A DNA stretch of 64,000 nt from Callorhinchus milii. Lineage: Eukaryota. Shown here in pieces: positions 11,851 through 25,124 of this stretch. The notes under the pieces were generated by a model. That model made no database searches and was not told the DNA's origin. It saw only the letters and a list, made by a program, of their open reading frames with translations. The DNA lies in assembly GCF_018977255.1 (NCBI RefSeq), contig NW_024704771.1, forward strand, positions 3,968,001 through 4,032,000. Direction: 5' to 3'. Numbering within the stretch: the stretch's first letter is position 1; each line of letters starts with the position of its first letter. A program made the position numbers and the translations under genes.

Positions 11851-12819
11851 TCATAGACCCCACCTCACAGCCACACATCCTTTGGTGACCGTGTGATTCG
11901 TTCTTTCCTGATTCCTTTCTCGGGGTGGGTCTCATGGAGCGGGAGGGCGCGGGGGGCTGGGGGGGAAGGGTGGTGTGCTAGGGCTGGCGTGTGAGCTCGT
12001 GACAGGTCTACATTAAAGGGTTCGTTTCCTGAATCTGAATAAAGATGTGTGTCTGTCCTTGTGTGCGTCTGTCCACCAAGAACGCAATAGGCGATTGGCG
12101 CACAGAGATGATTCATACCTCAAGAGAGAAACCTGACTGAGGGCACGGACATCACACAACGATAATAATGCAAAATACTGCAGATGCTGGAAATCTGAAA
12201 ACAAAACCAGAAGTCATTGGGGCTCACTTTCCTTTCTCCGCAGATGCTGCCTGACCTGCTGAGTGTTCCCAGCGACTTCTGTTTTTTGTTCTCCTAATAA
12301 TTTGATATAGCGCCTTATCGTCTTGAGACATCTGGAAGAGGTGAAAAAGCGCGATATCAAATGCAAGGATTATTATTATCGTTGTGTTGTTGAGACGTCT
12401 CAAAGTGCTTCAAGTGTAGGGACTTGAGGGCGAAAAGGAGCAGCCAGTTTGCCCGCAGCGACATCCCACAAACAGCCGTGGAGTGAATAACCAATTTTAT
12501 CTGTTAGCCAGGACCCCGGGAGAGAGAGAGAAACTCTTCTCTTTTCGATAAACGCTGCGGGAGACCTTTATCGTTGACCTGAACAGTCTGACAGGGCCTC
12601 GGTTTGTCTCATTTGAAGGATGGCGGCATCGACGGTGCAACGCTGAGAGCCCAGGCATCACACGGCGCGTGTGGTAAAGAAAGAAACACAACTGGGAGAA
12701 CAGAAATCAGTTCAGACACGACTTCCAGTGCTAAAATCTTCTATATTTGCCCCCAATTCAGCCTGGACAACAGCGTCCTTGCTCTTCATGACCGGAGCAA
12801 GAGGAGATTTCAGTTTTGC
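11851..12819 (-). pseudogene. Decayed TRIM relic (exon 2, intron 2, intron 5 and a PRY/SPRY fragment)
   Basis: 12819-12725 translates AKLKSPLAPVMKSKDAVVQAE, similar to G9 exon 2 [21 protein letters not shown]. 12655-12724 resembles intron 2 of G3-G7, 11950-12150 resembles G3 intron 5 (14400-14600), and 11910-11851 gives RKERITRSPKDVWL*GGVY, similar to the PRY/SPRY variable segment. Confidence 0.7.
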
Positions 12820-14994
12820 CTGCTCGCTCCCACTGCTCAGTGGGCTATGGCCTGCTTCGCATCCCCCTGTCTCAACCGGCCCACCACAACGGGCCTTCAG
12901 CCAATCTGCCCCCACCCTCCGGAACTCGATCCCGCAGTCCCTCCGCCCCGTCTCCTCCCTTGCTTCCTTCAAGACCCATCTCAAGACCTTCCTCTTCGAC
13001 CATGCCTTCAGGCACACTCCTTCCTCCCCCACCCCTTCCCCCCCCTCCCCGCTCAGTCCTGAAGCACTGATCGTCCAGGGTCTTGGGACGTTCTCCCGAC
13101 GTGGGAATAATCCCTGCCCCCGAGTGACACTCACTCCAAGTCCTGCTGACAAGTCAGGCCGGGCTGACTGTCATCAGCAGTCTCCTTGACTAATGTGGAC
13201 CTGTCTGGATAAGGAACCTGCAACACACAACAGAAATGCAACGACAACAACAACAGTCCCTTCAGGTTGAAAAGTGGAGCAGTCTATTTTAACTGAAAGG
13301 CAAATTACAGACTTTCTGCGATGTAAGACCTGGATTCAGTCTGAGGAGGGCAATAAGCAGATGGAACTACTATTCTACAGTCATTTGCAATGTGACCAGG
13401 ATCTATGTGCGGATTGTGCTGTGGACAATACTGAACCCTTTGCTGCAATAGATAGAAATTCCAGCTGCTCATAGGTCTGGATCAAAGGCGGAGTAAACCC
13501 AACTCATGTGTGTCCGGGTGTGGGAGCCTCCTCTCTGCTCATCACCGGAGTGAAACTGGAGGAAAGATCTCCTGGATTGACGTTCTATCAGACACATTAC
13601 TTGGACCAAAGTTCACACGTTGGGTACAATCCAGACACAAACCAATAGAAATTCGCTGTGTTTCCAACTCCAGCCTTATTACAGGATCTCTATGGACCCG
13701 CAGAGCTTGGCGTTTTCTCCTGCAATCTCCCGCCTGCCCCCACCCCGTATTCCCTTAAACCACAAACAGCGAATGATGTGCAGGAAAAAGTGAGGAAAAA
13801 CCACGTCACTGTCAATGTGTTAGAACCGGCAGATTCTCAGAGGCTCCGAGTTTTTCCCGCCATAATTATACCCGGGACTGAAGAGAGGATAAAGTTTCTC
13901 AGTGAAAATGTGGGTGAAAGTGTGGAGATGAGACATGTTATCAGCGTTGTAAAATGACACTTGTCCCCCCTCATAGTCCAGGTAAACCCCGATCTTCCCG
14001 GGTCTCACTGTCAGGGACAGAAGGGTGGGGGGTGAGGTCAGAGCCCTACAGACCTCGCCCACCAGTCTCACAGCCCAGACCCCATTCTCTGGTGACCGTG
14101 TGGTTGATTGTTTCCTGTTGACAGACTCTGTGGCCGTTCCCACAGTCCACTCAGTCTTGTTGCCCACTTGCACCTCCCAGTAATGTCTCCCTGATGTGAA
14201 GCCCTCAGATCCCAGGACAACGGGATCTTCACTAAACCTCTTCGGGCTGTCAGGGAGCGGCTGCCATATGTCTCCACATCTCACACTGGTCAGGTCCTCA
14301 GACAGGATGAGCCGGGGATGGGCTGTGTCAGGATCCAGAGTCAGAGCGGCCGGAGCTGAGAGAGAGAGAAAAATAACACAAAGTGAGGGGGTCACGGAGC
14401 GGGGGGGGCTGCAGGAGCGAGGGCGGGCACGAGGGGCCGGTGTGTGAGCTGGTGACAGATCCACATTAGAGGGTTAGTTCGATGAATCCATGGTAACAAA
14501 GACAAAATGTGTGTCTGTCCATGTGGGTGTGTCTGCAATAACCGATTGACTTAGAGACATGACTTATACCCCTTCAGAAAGGTCTTGCAAGTGAGGGTGT
14601 TTTTCACGGATCTCCTATCGTTGCTGAGCTGTCTTTAATTTCAAATGCTTTAATTAATTAAATCACACGCTCGTCTAAAGATATACATCTGTACTAATTA
14701 TTCGGCAACCAAGTAGCAACAAGTTTAGACACCTTTCTAGAGTGCCATGGGCATATTTTTTTTTCGGGGGGAATCTCCTATCATGTAAAGGATAATAATA
14801 CAATATAATGTGTAATACTACTGAAATCTACATCCCATATTGGATCCTTCGGTTGCAAGCGAAGCAACCGACAGCTAGTACAGCTGGTACAGGATAAAAA
14901 GACTGATTAAAAAGACACCAGCAGAGGGTGATGGTGACTGTGACTGGAGTTGGAGAAAATGCTCACACAGCACCACCTACTCATGGTAACGCAG

Positions 14995-15310
14995 TAATAA
15001 TAATAATAATCCTTGCATTTGATATAGCGCTTTTCACGTCGGGAGGACGTCCCAAAGCGCTTCACAGAACACACTGTAAAGTGAATTGACTGTACATTTG
15101 TGGGGGAACGCGGCAGCCAATGGCGCACAGCAATGTCCCACAAACAGTCATGGATTGAAAATGACCAATTTATTATTGTTTTGGGTTTTTTGGAGGGATT
15201 ATTATTAGGCTCTGTGTGGGGTAAGGAAACTTGCCCAAGGTTTGGCCCTCTGCCTGGAATTGAACTCAGGTCTCTCGCTTGCTCTAACCACTGAGCTACA
15301 GGACTCCACA
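14995..15310 (-). mobile_element. tRNA-Ala SINE, near full length
   Basis: Reverse complement of the 36593 and 47877 copies. Confidence 0.85.
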
Positions 15311-15599
15311 CCAGCAGTACAACAACAACAGCCAAATTACATGTGAATAGCGCCTTTCACGACGGGAGGACGTACCGAGCTGCTGGAAAGTCAGTGTTTC
15401 GGGCCTGAGCTGGGGGGCGGGGGAGGGAGAAGGAGGGTGGTTAAAAAGTACAGTCGACGAGGAGGGTCTTGAAGCAGTCAAGGGAGGGGGCGAGACGGAG
15501 GGACTGCGGGATGGAGTTACAGAGGGTGGGGGCAGAGTGGCTGAAGGCCTGCTGAACGCTAACACTATCTTAGTCTCTCCCTTTCTAAAAAGTAATCTG

Positions 15600-15905
15600 C
15601 TTTACTGTTTTCGCCACCTGGGTGGATAACTTCACACTTCCCTACATTATACTTCATCTGCCACCTATTCGCCCACTCCCTCAGCCTATCTATATAATGT
15701 TACACTTTTTTAACGACATCCTCAGTGTTTTCTCTCCCTCCTAGTTTAGTGTCATCCGCGAATTTGGATATATTAAGTTTCATGTCCTCATCTAGATCGT
15801 TGATGAAGATTGTAAATAGTTGAGGCCCAAGCACTGATCCTTGTGGCACTCCACTAGTCACATCCCGCCAATCTGAGAAGGACCCGTTTATCCCTAATTT
15901 TTGCT
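15600..15905 (-). mobile_element. CR1 LINE RT fragment (L2 fragments flank it at about 15320-15550 and 15910-16270)
   Basis: The minus strand encodes [22 protein letters not shown]...KFADDTK. Confidence 0.8.
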
Positions 15906-18900
15906 TTCTTCAAGGAGTTTGCATAGTCAAGCCTGGATATCATGAATGCGTGGACGAGGGTCTTGGCAGCCTGCGGTGTGAGACAGCGGCAGAACTGGGC
16001 AATGTTGCGGAGGTGGGGCAATGCAGAGTGAGTCATGGCACGGATGTAGGATAGAAAGGATAATTGAGGGTCAAACATGAGGCCAAGGTTCCGGACTGGC
16101 TAAGTAAGGTGTAGTGTGCATCAATAAATGGTGATGCTGTCAGTGCCTGAGGTGTGGAGCCGCTGACCAGAGACAATATGAAGGGTCATGGTCTTCTTGA
16201 CGTTCAACTGAAGTTAGTTCTTACCCAGGACATGTTTCTATCAGGAAAGCAGTGGTCCTGAAATCAAGAGTAGCGGCAGAGAGGCACAACTGGGTGTCAA
16301 GAGTAAAGAGCTCTGGGCTGCGTCTCTGCAGTGACATTTCACAACCAACAATGTTTAATTTGGGATCCAGGTGAATGTGAGATTATTCTGAGAATAGGAG
16401 ACACGTACCTGGGCTGATGCTGTGTATCATGTCTCTCCAGGCCGTGTAATGTACAGGACCCTTGTATATCCCCACAGGCAGATCACCCTCAGATAATGAC
16501 AGTTTAAAATCTTCAGCACTGATCCTAAAATAAGAGACGTTCACATTATAAAGTGGAACTACATTGTGTTTGGTTTATGTATTCAATTCTGGGGTTAATT
16601 TGTGAAGAACATTGCATACCTTCTCTTCCGAGCAGTTTCCCCCTAATGAAATAAAACACAGACAGATCTGAGCTCACACTGAGACTCGACATTGTAAACT
16701 CAGATACACAGAATTCCACAGCAGCAAAGTCTCTATCAGATTATACCAAATAATCAATAAAATCACTGGGCTGTTTAACAGTCAGACTTTGATTTTCTGC
16801 TCCAGACTCTAATTTTTACTGAACTATAATCTCTTTACCTGCAGAAAGGTGAGCGCGTCTTTTTCCGTCTGTTTCTGTAACACTGAGAGCTTTTGCTGAA
16901 CAGAAGTTAAATGGTCCTGAATCTCTCGCAGATTTTTCTCCATTCGGGTAAAACCTCCTCCTCTCGCTGTCTGAGCTCTCGGATCACACGCTGCTCTCTG
17001 TCAGTGAGGCTCTGGTGCATTTTAGCAAACTCAGCCGTGATGTGGTTCTCCAGACTGTCCGCCTGTTGCTGCAAAATGCGGCGTCAGACATCACACGGCG
17101 CACAGTAAAGAGAGACACACGACTGAGAGCCCAGACATCAGCCCCGACACAACTTACCTTCGCTTGTGAAATCTTTTCTTTCTGTTTCCCTTCAGCTTCC
17201 AGAGCCGCGGCCTTCCTCTGTGTGAGAGAAGCTAAGGAGGGTTTCACTTTATCCTGGAATTAAATAGAAAATGAGAAAAATCTTGATTAACCGAACAGAG
17301 AATTAGATCCGACTGAGCCCGATTGACAGTCTGGTGCCTTTTACCTTAAAGATCTGAGCCGCCTCCTGTATGGGGAGGAAGCTGTGGTGTCTGTGTTCTC
17401 GGGCGTCTCTGCAAACCAGGCAGATCAGTTTCTTGTCTGTTTCACAGTACAGCTTCAGTTCCTGCTGATGCTCCTCACAGTAAAGTCTTCTTTCTGTCTC
17501 GTCTGTGCTCATCTGTCGAGCTATCGCTGCCATGCTCGCCAGGGCCCAGTTGCCACTCAGTCTACTCTTGGCAAAGACTGTTCTGCATTCGGGACAGGCT
17601 TTGCTCTCCTTCTTTTCCCAGCTCCCTGAGATGCAGGAGCGGCAGAAGTTGTGGCCGCACTCCAGGGTAACCGGGTCAGTAAAGAGATCCAGACACACCG
17701 AACAATTTAAGTCATCGGTCAGATTCTCTGTTATTGGAAGCTGTGGTCCCCAGGAAGCCATGGTCACCTCGCAGCCCCCCCGGGTTACACACCTTTCAGT
17801 CTCAGGGTTTCTCAGCTGTGCGTGTGTGTGTGCGTGTGTCCTGCCCTGGACACCACTCCTTCACCGCGATCACTTTCACCTTTGGAACCATCGTGGTGAA
17901 GGTAGTTGGAAACACCACAGAGATTGAGGAAACGGAGCAAAGTTTATTCTAAAAACAACCCTGAAGTGCTGAGGAGGCAGAGTGAGGATTAGATAAGAAA
18001 CCTGGAAAATATTGACAATGATCTGCGCGTTTGATGTTGCGTTAGGATATCTCCTAAGCGCCTCACGGGAGTTTACTGCGCATTCTGAGACGTTAAACTG
18101 AGGTCCAGTGCCCAGGTGGACATTCAGAGAAAGATGGGCGTTCAGGCCAGCAATGCAAAATGCAATCGATCATTCACTTCAAGGTTCTTTGCGGGACATT
18201 GCTATGTGTCAATTGCCTCTGTGTCCAATACATACACAGTCTCTGCACTTCACAGTAAAATCCCGTCAAGTGCATTGAGATATCCTCCTGACACGAAAGG
18301 TGCCATTTTAAATTATTACTAGTTTCGCGCCGATAAGATTTTGTATTTTTATGTAAACTGGACCGAGTTTTAACATCTCATCTGAAGGATGGCACCTCTT
18401 GACAATCCAAGCTCCCCCCCACCCCCCACCCCCGGCACTGTGCAGGATTGTCAGCCCAGACTGTGAGCTCAAATCCCTGATGTGATCTCAGACTGTAAAC
18501 CACCTCCTCACAAAACCAAACCTGGGAGTGGTTTGCACCTGGAAATATGGCCTCAAGACATGGGGCTCAGAATTGTGGGCATCAGCCCCACTGCGCAGGA
18601 GCTGTTCCTCTCCCTAAATGCATAACCAGGAGGTGAAAATCTCAAAATCTCTTGCTTCTCATTTCTCTGGATCTAGCGAACCGTGTCACTGTTAACTGCT
18701 CCGAGACACTGCCCTACGTGAAGGGCACTATATACATACAAGTTGTTGTGCGGTTGTCTCTGCAACTGGCAAGTTGATTATAACAGGCATCAAATGAAGG
18801 AACCTTATAATAATAATAATAATAATCCGTGCATTTGATATCACGCATTTCACATTTTCAAGACATCTCAAAGCGCTTTACAGAGTATATTGTAAAGTGT

Positions 18901-20886
18901 AGTGACTGTATATTTGTGGGAGGAATGGGCAGCCAATTGTGCACAGCAGTGTCCCACAAACAGTCATGGATTTGAATGACCAAATATTTTTGAGCGTTTG
19001 TTATTCCCAGACAAGCAATTGACTAACAACCAGGTTCCTGTGTGTGTGGAGTAAGGAAACTTGCCCAACATTTCACTCCGACTGGGAAATCCCGCTCTCT
19101 CACTCGCGACTGCTCTGACCACTGAGCTACAGTACAACTTGGGAGGAGAGGGAAGAAGAGAGACAAAGCTATCACTCAGTAAGAGGGAGAGTAGGAAATG
19201 GAGCGATAGAGAGAGAGAGAGAGAGAGAGAGATGGAATTTGTCAGATGCGACTCAGAGATAGGAATGGATGGAGGGAAGGAGAAAAAAAAGATACAGAGG
19301 TCACTCAGAGAGTGAGAGAGGGGTGGAGAGGATCGAGTGTAAGAGATGTTTGAAGGGAACGAAGAGAGACAGAGATATAGATGTCACTCAGACACTAAGA
19401 GACAAATGTATAAACGACAAATGCTATCTTGCTGTCTTGTAAGAGACAGAGATGGAGCGAGTGTGAGCGGAAGCAAGATGGAGCGACAAAAAGAGAGATA
19501 CAGATGTCACTCAGTGAAGACATCTAGCAGGTGTGTTTCAGCTGTTTTCCTGCATTGTTTTTCTTCTCTTTTACTTTCTTCTAACTTTGCTGAAATCGCC
19601 GGAACGCTCAAGGGCGAATGAGTGGCTTAAGTCGCGAGCGAGGGAAATAAAAGGCGTTCTCGCTCTCACCACCTCAGTCCCAACAACACAGTGACCAATT
19701 CTAACTGAACAAAGTATACCTTCGCTCCAGCTCTTTTATCGTTGTCTCTTTTTAACACCAAAGATGGATGTCCTGAGGAATCTGTGTCCTCACAAGTCCT
19801 GATAGCGATTTACAGGCTGGCGTAAAAAAACTGGGGCCATCCTTGGATACAATAGCCATCACTCTAAGCTGATATAGATTAAAACAGTGCGATTACATTT
19901 TATCTAAAATTATACCATGTAACATACACAAAGTCTACAATTTAGTTGAATCCGGTTAGCCACGTGATAGACATCTATCACCTGATCAATCAACCATTTA
20001 ATTATCGAGATTGTTATTCCACGGGTTAGCTAACAAACATAAACATTCCTAATTGAATTAAACAACAAAGTTATGCTTGTATTGCGCCCTTCGCGTCGGA
20101 AAGACATCCCAGGGCGCTGGATAATCAAGCAGGGAGTTGGATCAGGAAGGATGGAGGGTGGGGGTCGGAGGGTGGTCGGAGACACAGTTAAAGAGGAAGG
20201 TCTTAAACGGAACTCGAAGGTGGGACAAAATAATAGTTTAAGCAATAACATACTTCTAATTCCAACATTCATTCTTGTTTGATGTTGTATCACACTCTTT
20301 ATTGTGCGAAAAGTTGACACATTGGGTACAATCCGGACACAAACCAATAGAAACCTGATCTCAACGGGGAGCCCCGCACCCAGAGACCCGCCCGGTCTGG
20401 CCACAGCCCATTCCCGCTCTGGTGCTGCAGGAGGGGCTCTGTCCTGAAGGGGCAAAGGTTTAAACGCAGACAAACCAACACCGTCTACAGATCAGAGAGC
20501 CGGTCCCGTGGAGATGTCACTGGGACACACACGGGTTAGAGTGGGAATGAGGGGGGGATCGAGAGAGAGATCTCAGTGTGTCTGAGAGACAGGAAAGCTC
20601 CAGCTGTGACCTCGATGGTTCTGTGTATTTGGTATAAACTCTCCTCGCGCTCAGTGCAAAGCCCCTGTAGTGTTAGTGGCCGGGCTGGTCTGTGGTGAGG
20701 TGATGGCTCTGTAACTCGTCGTGTGTCCGCCTCTGGCCTTACAGGATTTCTATGGACCCACAGAGCTCAGCATCTTCTTCAGGAATCCCCCCCCACTCCC
20801 AACAACCAGCTCCGACCCCGTATTCCTTTAAACAACCGACGGTGAATCACATGGAACTGCGGTAAAACCACGTCACTGTTAATATG

Positions 20887-23800
20887 TTACAACTGGCAGA
20901 TTGTCAGAGGTTCCGAGTTTTTCCCGCCATCATTAAACCAGGGACTGAAGAGAGGATAAAGTTTCTCAGTGAAAGTGTCAGTGAAAGTGTGGAGACGAGA
21001 CATGTTGTCAGCGTTGTAAAATGACACCTGTCCCCCCTCATAGTCCAGGTACACTCCGAGCTTCCCGGGTCTCACTGTCAGGGGCAGGCGGGTGGGAGGT
21101 GAGGTCAGAGCCTTATAATCCCCATCCCACAGCCATACCCCCCAGACCCCACCCTCTGTTGACCAAGTGATCTCTCCTTTCCTGTTGACAGACTCTCTGG
21201 CCACTCCCACAATCCACGCAGTCTTGTTGCCCACCTGCACCTCCCAGTAATGTCTCCCTGATGTGAAGCCCTCAGATGCTAGGATGGTGGGATGGTAACT
21301 AAACCTCTTTGGGGTGTCAGGGAGCGGCTGGCATTTGTCTCCGTGTCTTACACTGGTCAGGTCTTCAGACAGGATGAGCTGAGGATGGGCTGTGGCTGGA
21401 TCCAGAGTCAGAGCGGCCGGAGCTGAGAGAGAGAGAAAAATAATACAAAGTGGGTGAAAGGGGGTCATGAAGCAGGGGGTTCTCTACTGGCTCCGAGACG
21501 CCTTCCAGCATGGTACTACAAGAGTAAAGAGCCCTGGGCTGTGTCCCTGCAGTGACATTTCATGACCAAAAATGTTTAGTTTGTTAGGATCCAGGTGACT
21601 GTCAGACTATTCACACAACTTCATTCTGAGAATGGGAGCCATGTACCTGGGCTGATGCTGTGTCTCATGTCTCTCCAGGCTGTGTACTGTAGAGGCCCTT
21701 TGTATATCCCCATAGGGAGATCACCTTCAGATAATGACAGCAAAAAATTATCCTCACTGACCCTGAAATAAAGACGTTCACATTATAAAGTGACACTACA
21801 CATTGTGTTTGGTTTGTGTAGTAAATTCTGGGGATATTTTGTGAAGAACATTTCATACCTTCTCTTCCGAGCAGCTTCCTCCTAATGAAATAAAACACAG
21901 ACAGATCTGAGCTCACACTGAGACACCACATTGTAAATGATAATAATTCTTGCATTTTATATAGCGTCTTATCATGTCTCCAAGATATCTCAAAGCACTT
22001 TACTGTAGTAAAGTGTGGTGACTATTATTTTGTGGACGAAACATGCACAGCACTATCCCACAAATAGTCACGGATTGATTGACCAATTTATAATCTTTTT
22101 AAAGGGAATATATCTTTTTAAAGAGATTCGATCCGCGAATCGACTTACTGCTTGGTAAACTTGCCCAACATTTCGTTCTGCCGGGAATCCAACCCAGGTC
22201 TCTCGCTTGTGAGGCGTAGGCTCTAACCACTATGCTACAACCACTAGGTCTCCAATACAAGTCAGATACAGAGACTATCGCAGCAGAATCATCATTAGAA
22301 TATAGTCTAAACAACAATGTCTGTGTGTTTGTTTGTCTGTGGTGTCTGTTTACTTCATTGGTAAGGTCTCGCAGCTGACAGTGTCATGGGCATATTGTTG
22401 TGGGCGGATCTCCTATCGTTGATGAGCTATATTAAAAAAATGCTTTAATTAAAATATGAGGTATCCATTGTATTCAACAACTAAGTAAACACAGAGGAAA
22501 GCATACACTGTTCAGATAGACACATCTATATTCTGTAACAAATATATGTCAGTTTCTGGTTGTCCTCCCATGTGGGAGATAGATAAAGTGAGAAAGAGAG
22601 AGACTGAGATAGTGAGAGTCACACACAGAGAGAGAGAGAGACAGAGAGAATATATAAAGTGTAGTGAATGTGTACTTTATGGTAGAGACTGAGAGAGACA
22701 GAGAGAAAGACTGGAGAGGGGGAGAGAGAGAGACAGAGAGAAAGACAGACAGAAAGAATAAGAAAGACTTTGAGAGAGAGTCAGAGACTGTAAGAGAAAA
22801 TATATTAAAGGAGTCCTTCCACAAGGAGTATAAAGACAAAATGTGTGCCTATCTCTCCATATTGGATCAAGCGAACCAGCAACGGGTACAGCTCGTAATC
22901 AATAAAATCACGGGACTGCTTAACAGTCAGACTTTGACTTTCTGCTCCAGACTGTGTGTAACTTTTACGGAACTAAATTATAATTTCATCTCTTTACCTG
23001 CAGAAAGGAGAGAGTGTCTTTTTCCATCTGTTTCTGTAACTCTGACAGTTTTTGCTCAACAGAAGCTAATTTGCCCCGAATCTCTTGCAGATTTTTCTCC
23101 ATTCGATGCAAAACCTCCTCCTCTCGCTGTCTGAGCTCTCGGATTACACGCTGCTCTCTGTCAGTGAGGCTCTGGTGCATTTTAGCAAACTCAGCCATGA
23201 CGTGGTTCTCCAGACTGTCCGCCTGTTCCTGCAAAATGAATTGTCAACATCACACTGCGCACAGTAAAGAGAGAAACACGACTGAGAGCCCAGACATCAG
23301 CCCCGACACAACTTACCTTCACTTGTGAAATCTTTTCTTTCTGTTTCCCTTCAGCTTCGAGAGCCGCGGCCTTCCTCTGTGTGAGAGAAGCTAAGGAGGA
23401 GTTCACTTTATCCTGGAATTAAATAGAAACTGTGAGAAAAAATCTTGTTTTAACGGAGGATTCGATCGTACTTATCACAATTGACAGTCTGGTGCCTTTC
23501 ACCTTATAGATCTGAACAGCCTCCGCTACGGGGATGAAGCTGTGGTGTCTGTGTTCTCGGGCGTCTCTGCAAACCACACACATCAGTTTCTTGTCTGTTT
23601 CACAGAACAGCTTCAGTTCCTCCTGATGCTCCTCACAGCGAGGTTTTCTTTCTGCCTTCACCGGGGCTATGTTGAGCCGTCGAGCTTTCTCCGCCAGCCT
23701 CGCCAGGGCCCAGTTGCCCCTCATGCTACTGTTGGCAAAGACGGTTCTGCACTCGGGACAGGCTTTGCTCTCCTTCGTTTCCCAGCTCTGTGAGATACAG

Positions 23801-23907
23801 CAGCGGCAGAAGTTGTGGCCGCAATCCAGGGTGACCGGGTCGGTAAAGAGATCCAGGCAAACCGGACAAACTAAGTCCTCGCTCAGACTGTGCTGTCTGG
23901 AAGCCAT
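20887..23907 (-). CDS. G4: TRIM RING-B-box-CC-PRY/SPRY
   Basis: Exons 23907-23503, 23412-23317, 23228-22998, 21881-21859, 21762-21647, 21422-20887. Intact RING ([17 protein letters not shown]), B-box2 (CEEH..C..D..C..C..H..H) and B30.2. Confidence 0.92.
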
Positions 23908-24106
23908 GGTCAACCTCGCAGCCCCTCCGGTCGCACCGCTCCGTCTCAGGCTTTCCGTGCTGTGTGCGTGTGTCCCGCCCCTGGACTCCGCTCCTTCACT
24001 GCTGGTTCAGCTCGATCGCCGCTTTCACCTTTGGAACCGCCACGGTGTAGATTGTGTGTGGGGGGGGGATAGGGCGCCGCAGAGATTGCGGGAAAGTTTA
24101 TTCTAG

Positions 24107-24421
24107 CGTCCTGTGGCTCGGCGGTTAGAGCACTCGCTTTGCGAGCGAGAGACCTGAGTTCAATTCCCGGCAGAGGGCCAAACCTCGGGCAAGTTTCCTT
24201 ACTCCACACAGAGCCTCTAATAATAATCCCTTCCTCCAAAACCCCCAAAAACAATAATAAATCGGTCATTTTCAATCCACGACCGTCTGCGGGACATCGC
24301 TGTGCGCCATCGGCCGCCGCGTTCGCCCACAACTATACAGTCAGTTCGCTTTACAGTGCGTTCTGTGAAGCGCTTTGGGACGTCCTCTCCCGACGTGAAA
24401 AGCGCTATGTCAAGTGCGAGG

Positions 24422-24452
<31 letters not shown>
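24107..24452 (+). mobile_element. tRNA-Ala SINE, GC-shifted copy just upstream of G4
   Basis: Colinear with the other copies but carries many A/T->G/C changes. Confidence 0.85.
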
Positions 24453-24453
<1 letters not shown>

Positions 24454-24479
24454 AGACGCGTCGGGACGAACCTCTGCAA

Positions 24480-25120
24480 AGACTGAGCTCCAGGGCCTCT
24501 CTCTCCATCTCTCTGGGCTTCTCCCTCTGACCTGCTGCTGTCTCTGGGCTTCAGGCCTCGTCCCCCTCGTCGCTCCCTCCCCTCCTTTAGAGGGGGTCGT
24601 CGTCGTTGCCGCCGCCGCCGCCGCCGGAAAGCGGAGCGAGAGGCGCGAGCGAGCGCCGACCGTTAGGCGCCAAGGACCACGTGGGAGAGAGGGAGGGGGG
24701 GGGAGGACCTGCGCTTGCGCGGTGGCGACCGATCCCCCTTATATGGTCGGACCACGTGCTGAGGAGCCTCGCGGGCGGCCAATGGGCGTCCGTCCAACAG
24801 GGCGGGAGGGAGGCACGCGTGACGAGGTGAGAGCACGTGATGAGGGCGCGCGCGGCAAGAGATAGGGGCGCGGCGAGGGAGGGACGTGCGCAAAGGAGCG
24901 GCTCTCACGACTGTGAGGCGCCGAGGAGCGCGCGGAGCCCCGGCTCGAGGCGGGAGCGGCGCCTGCGCGGTGGCGGCCGAGGCCCCGTCTGGGGTGAGAC
25001 CACGTGCTGAGGAGCCCCAATGGGGGCGACCAATGGGTGACGCGGCGGGAGCCCACGTGATGAGCGGGAGTGGGCGGGAGACAGAGAGGCGCGAGCGGCG
25101 ACCGTTACAGCTCGAGCTTC
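24480..25120. promoter_or_regulatory. CpG-island, promoter-like segment
   Basis: Very GC/CpG rich. CArG box CCTTATATGG at 24737-24746, five CACGTG E-boxes, three CCAAT, an NRF1-like tgcgcttgcgc and a (GCC)n run. Confidence 0.6.
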
Positions 25121-25124
25121 ACAT

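Larger units (their letters stand above)
13820..17761 (-). pseudogene. G3: TRIM gene with a 1-bp deletion in exon 3 (probable pseudogene, or assembly indel)
   Basis: Exons 17761-17345, 17253-17158, 17068-16839 (230 bp instead of 231), 16642-16620, 16524-16409, 14355-13820. The + strand reads cattcgggtaaaac at about 16941-16954 versus cattcggtgtaaaac in G6, giving a premature TAA at 16909-16907. RING, B-box and PRY/SPRY exons are otherwise open. Confidence 0.75.

Noticed and set aside
13130-13235. Strong minus-strand acceptor (tgtgtgttgcag) as an extra G3 exon
   Set aside because: Short frames, no homology to paralogs and no supporting donor; it cannot be supported from sequence alone.
13274-13474. 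B-box-like peptide HLQCDQDLCADC
   Set aside because: Incomplete ligand set, no RING or splice context, and no DNA similarity to the paralog exon 1 sequences that I can see.
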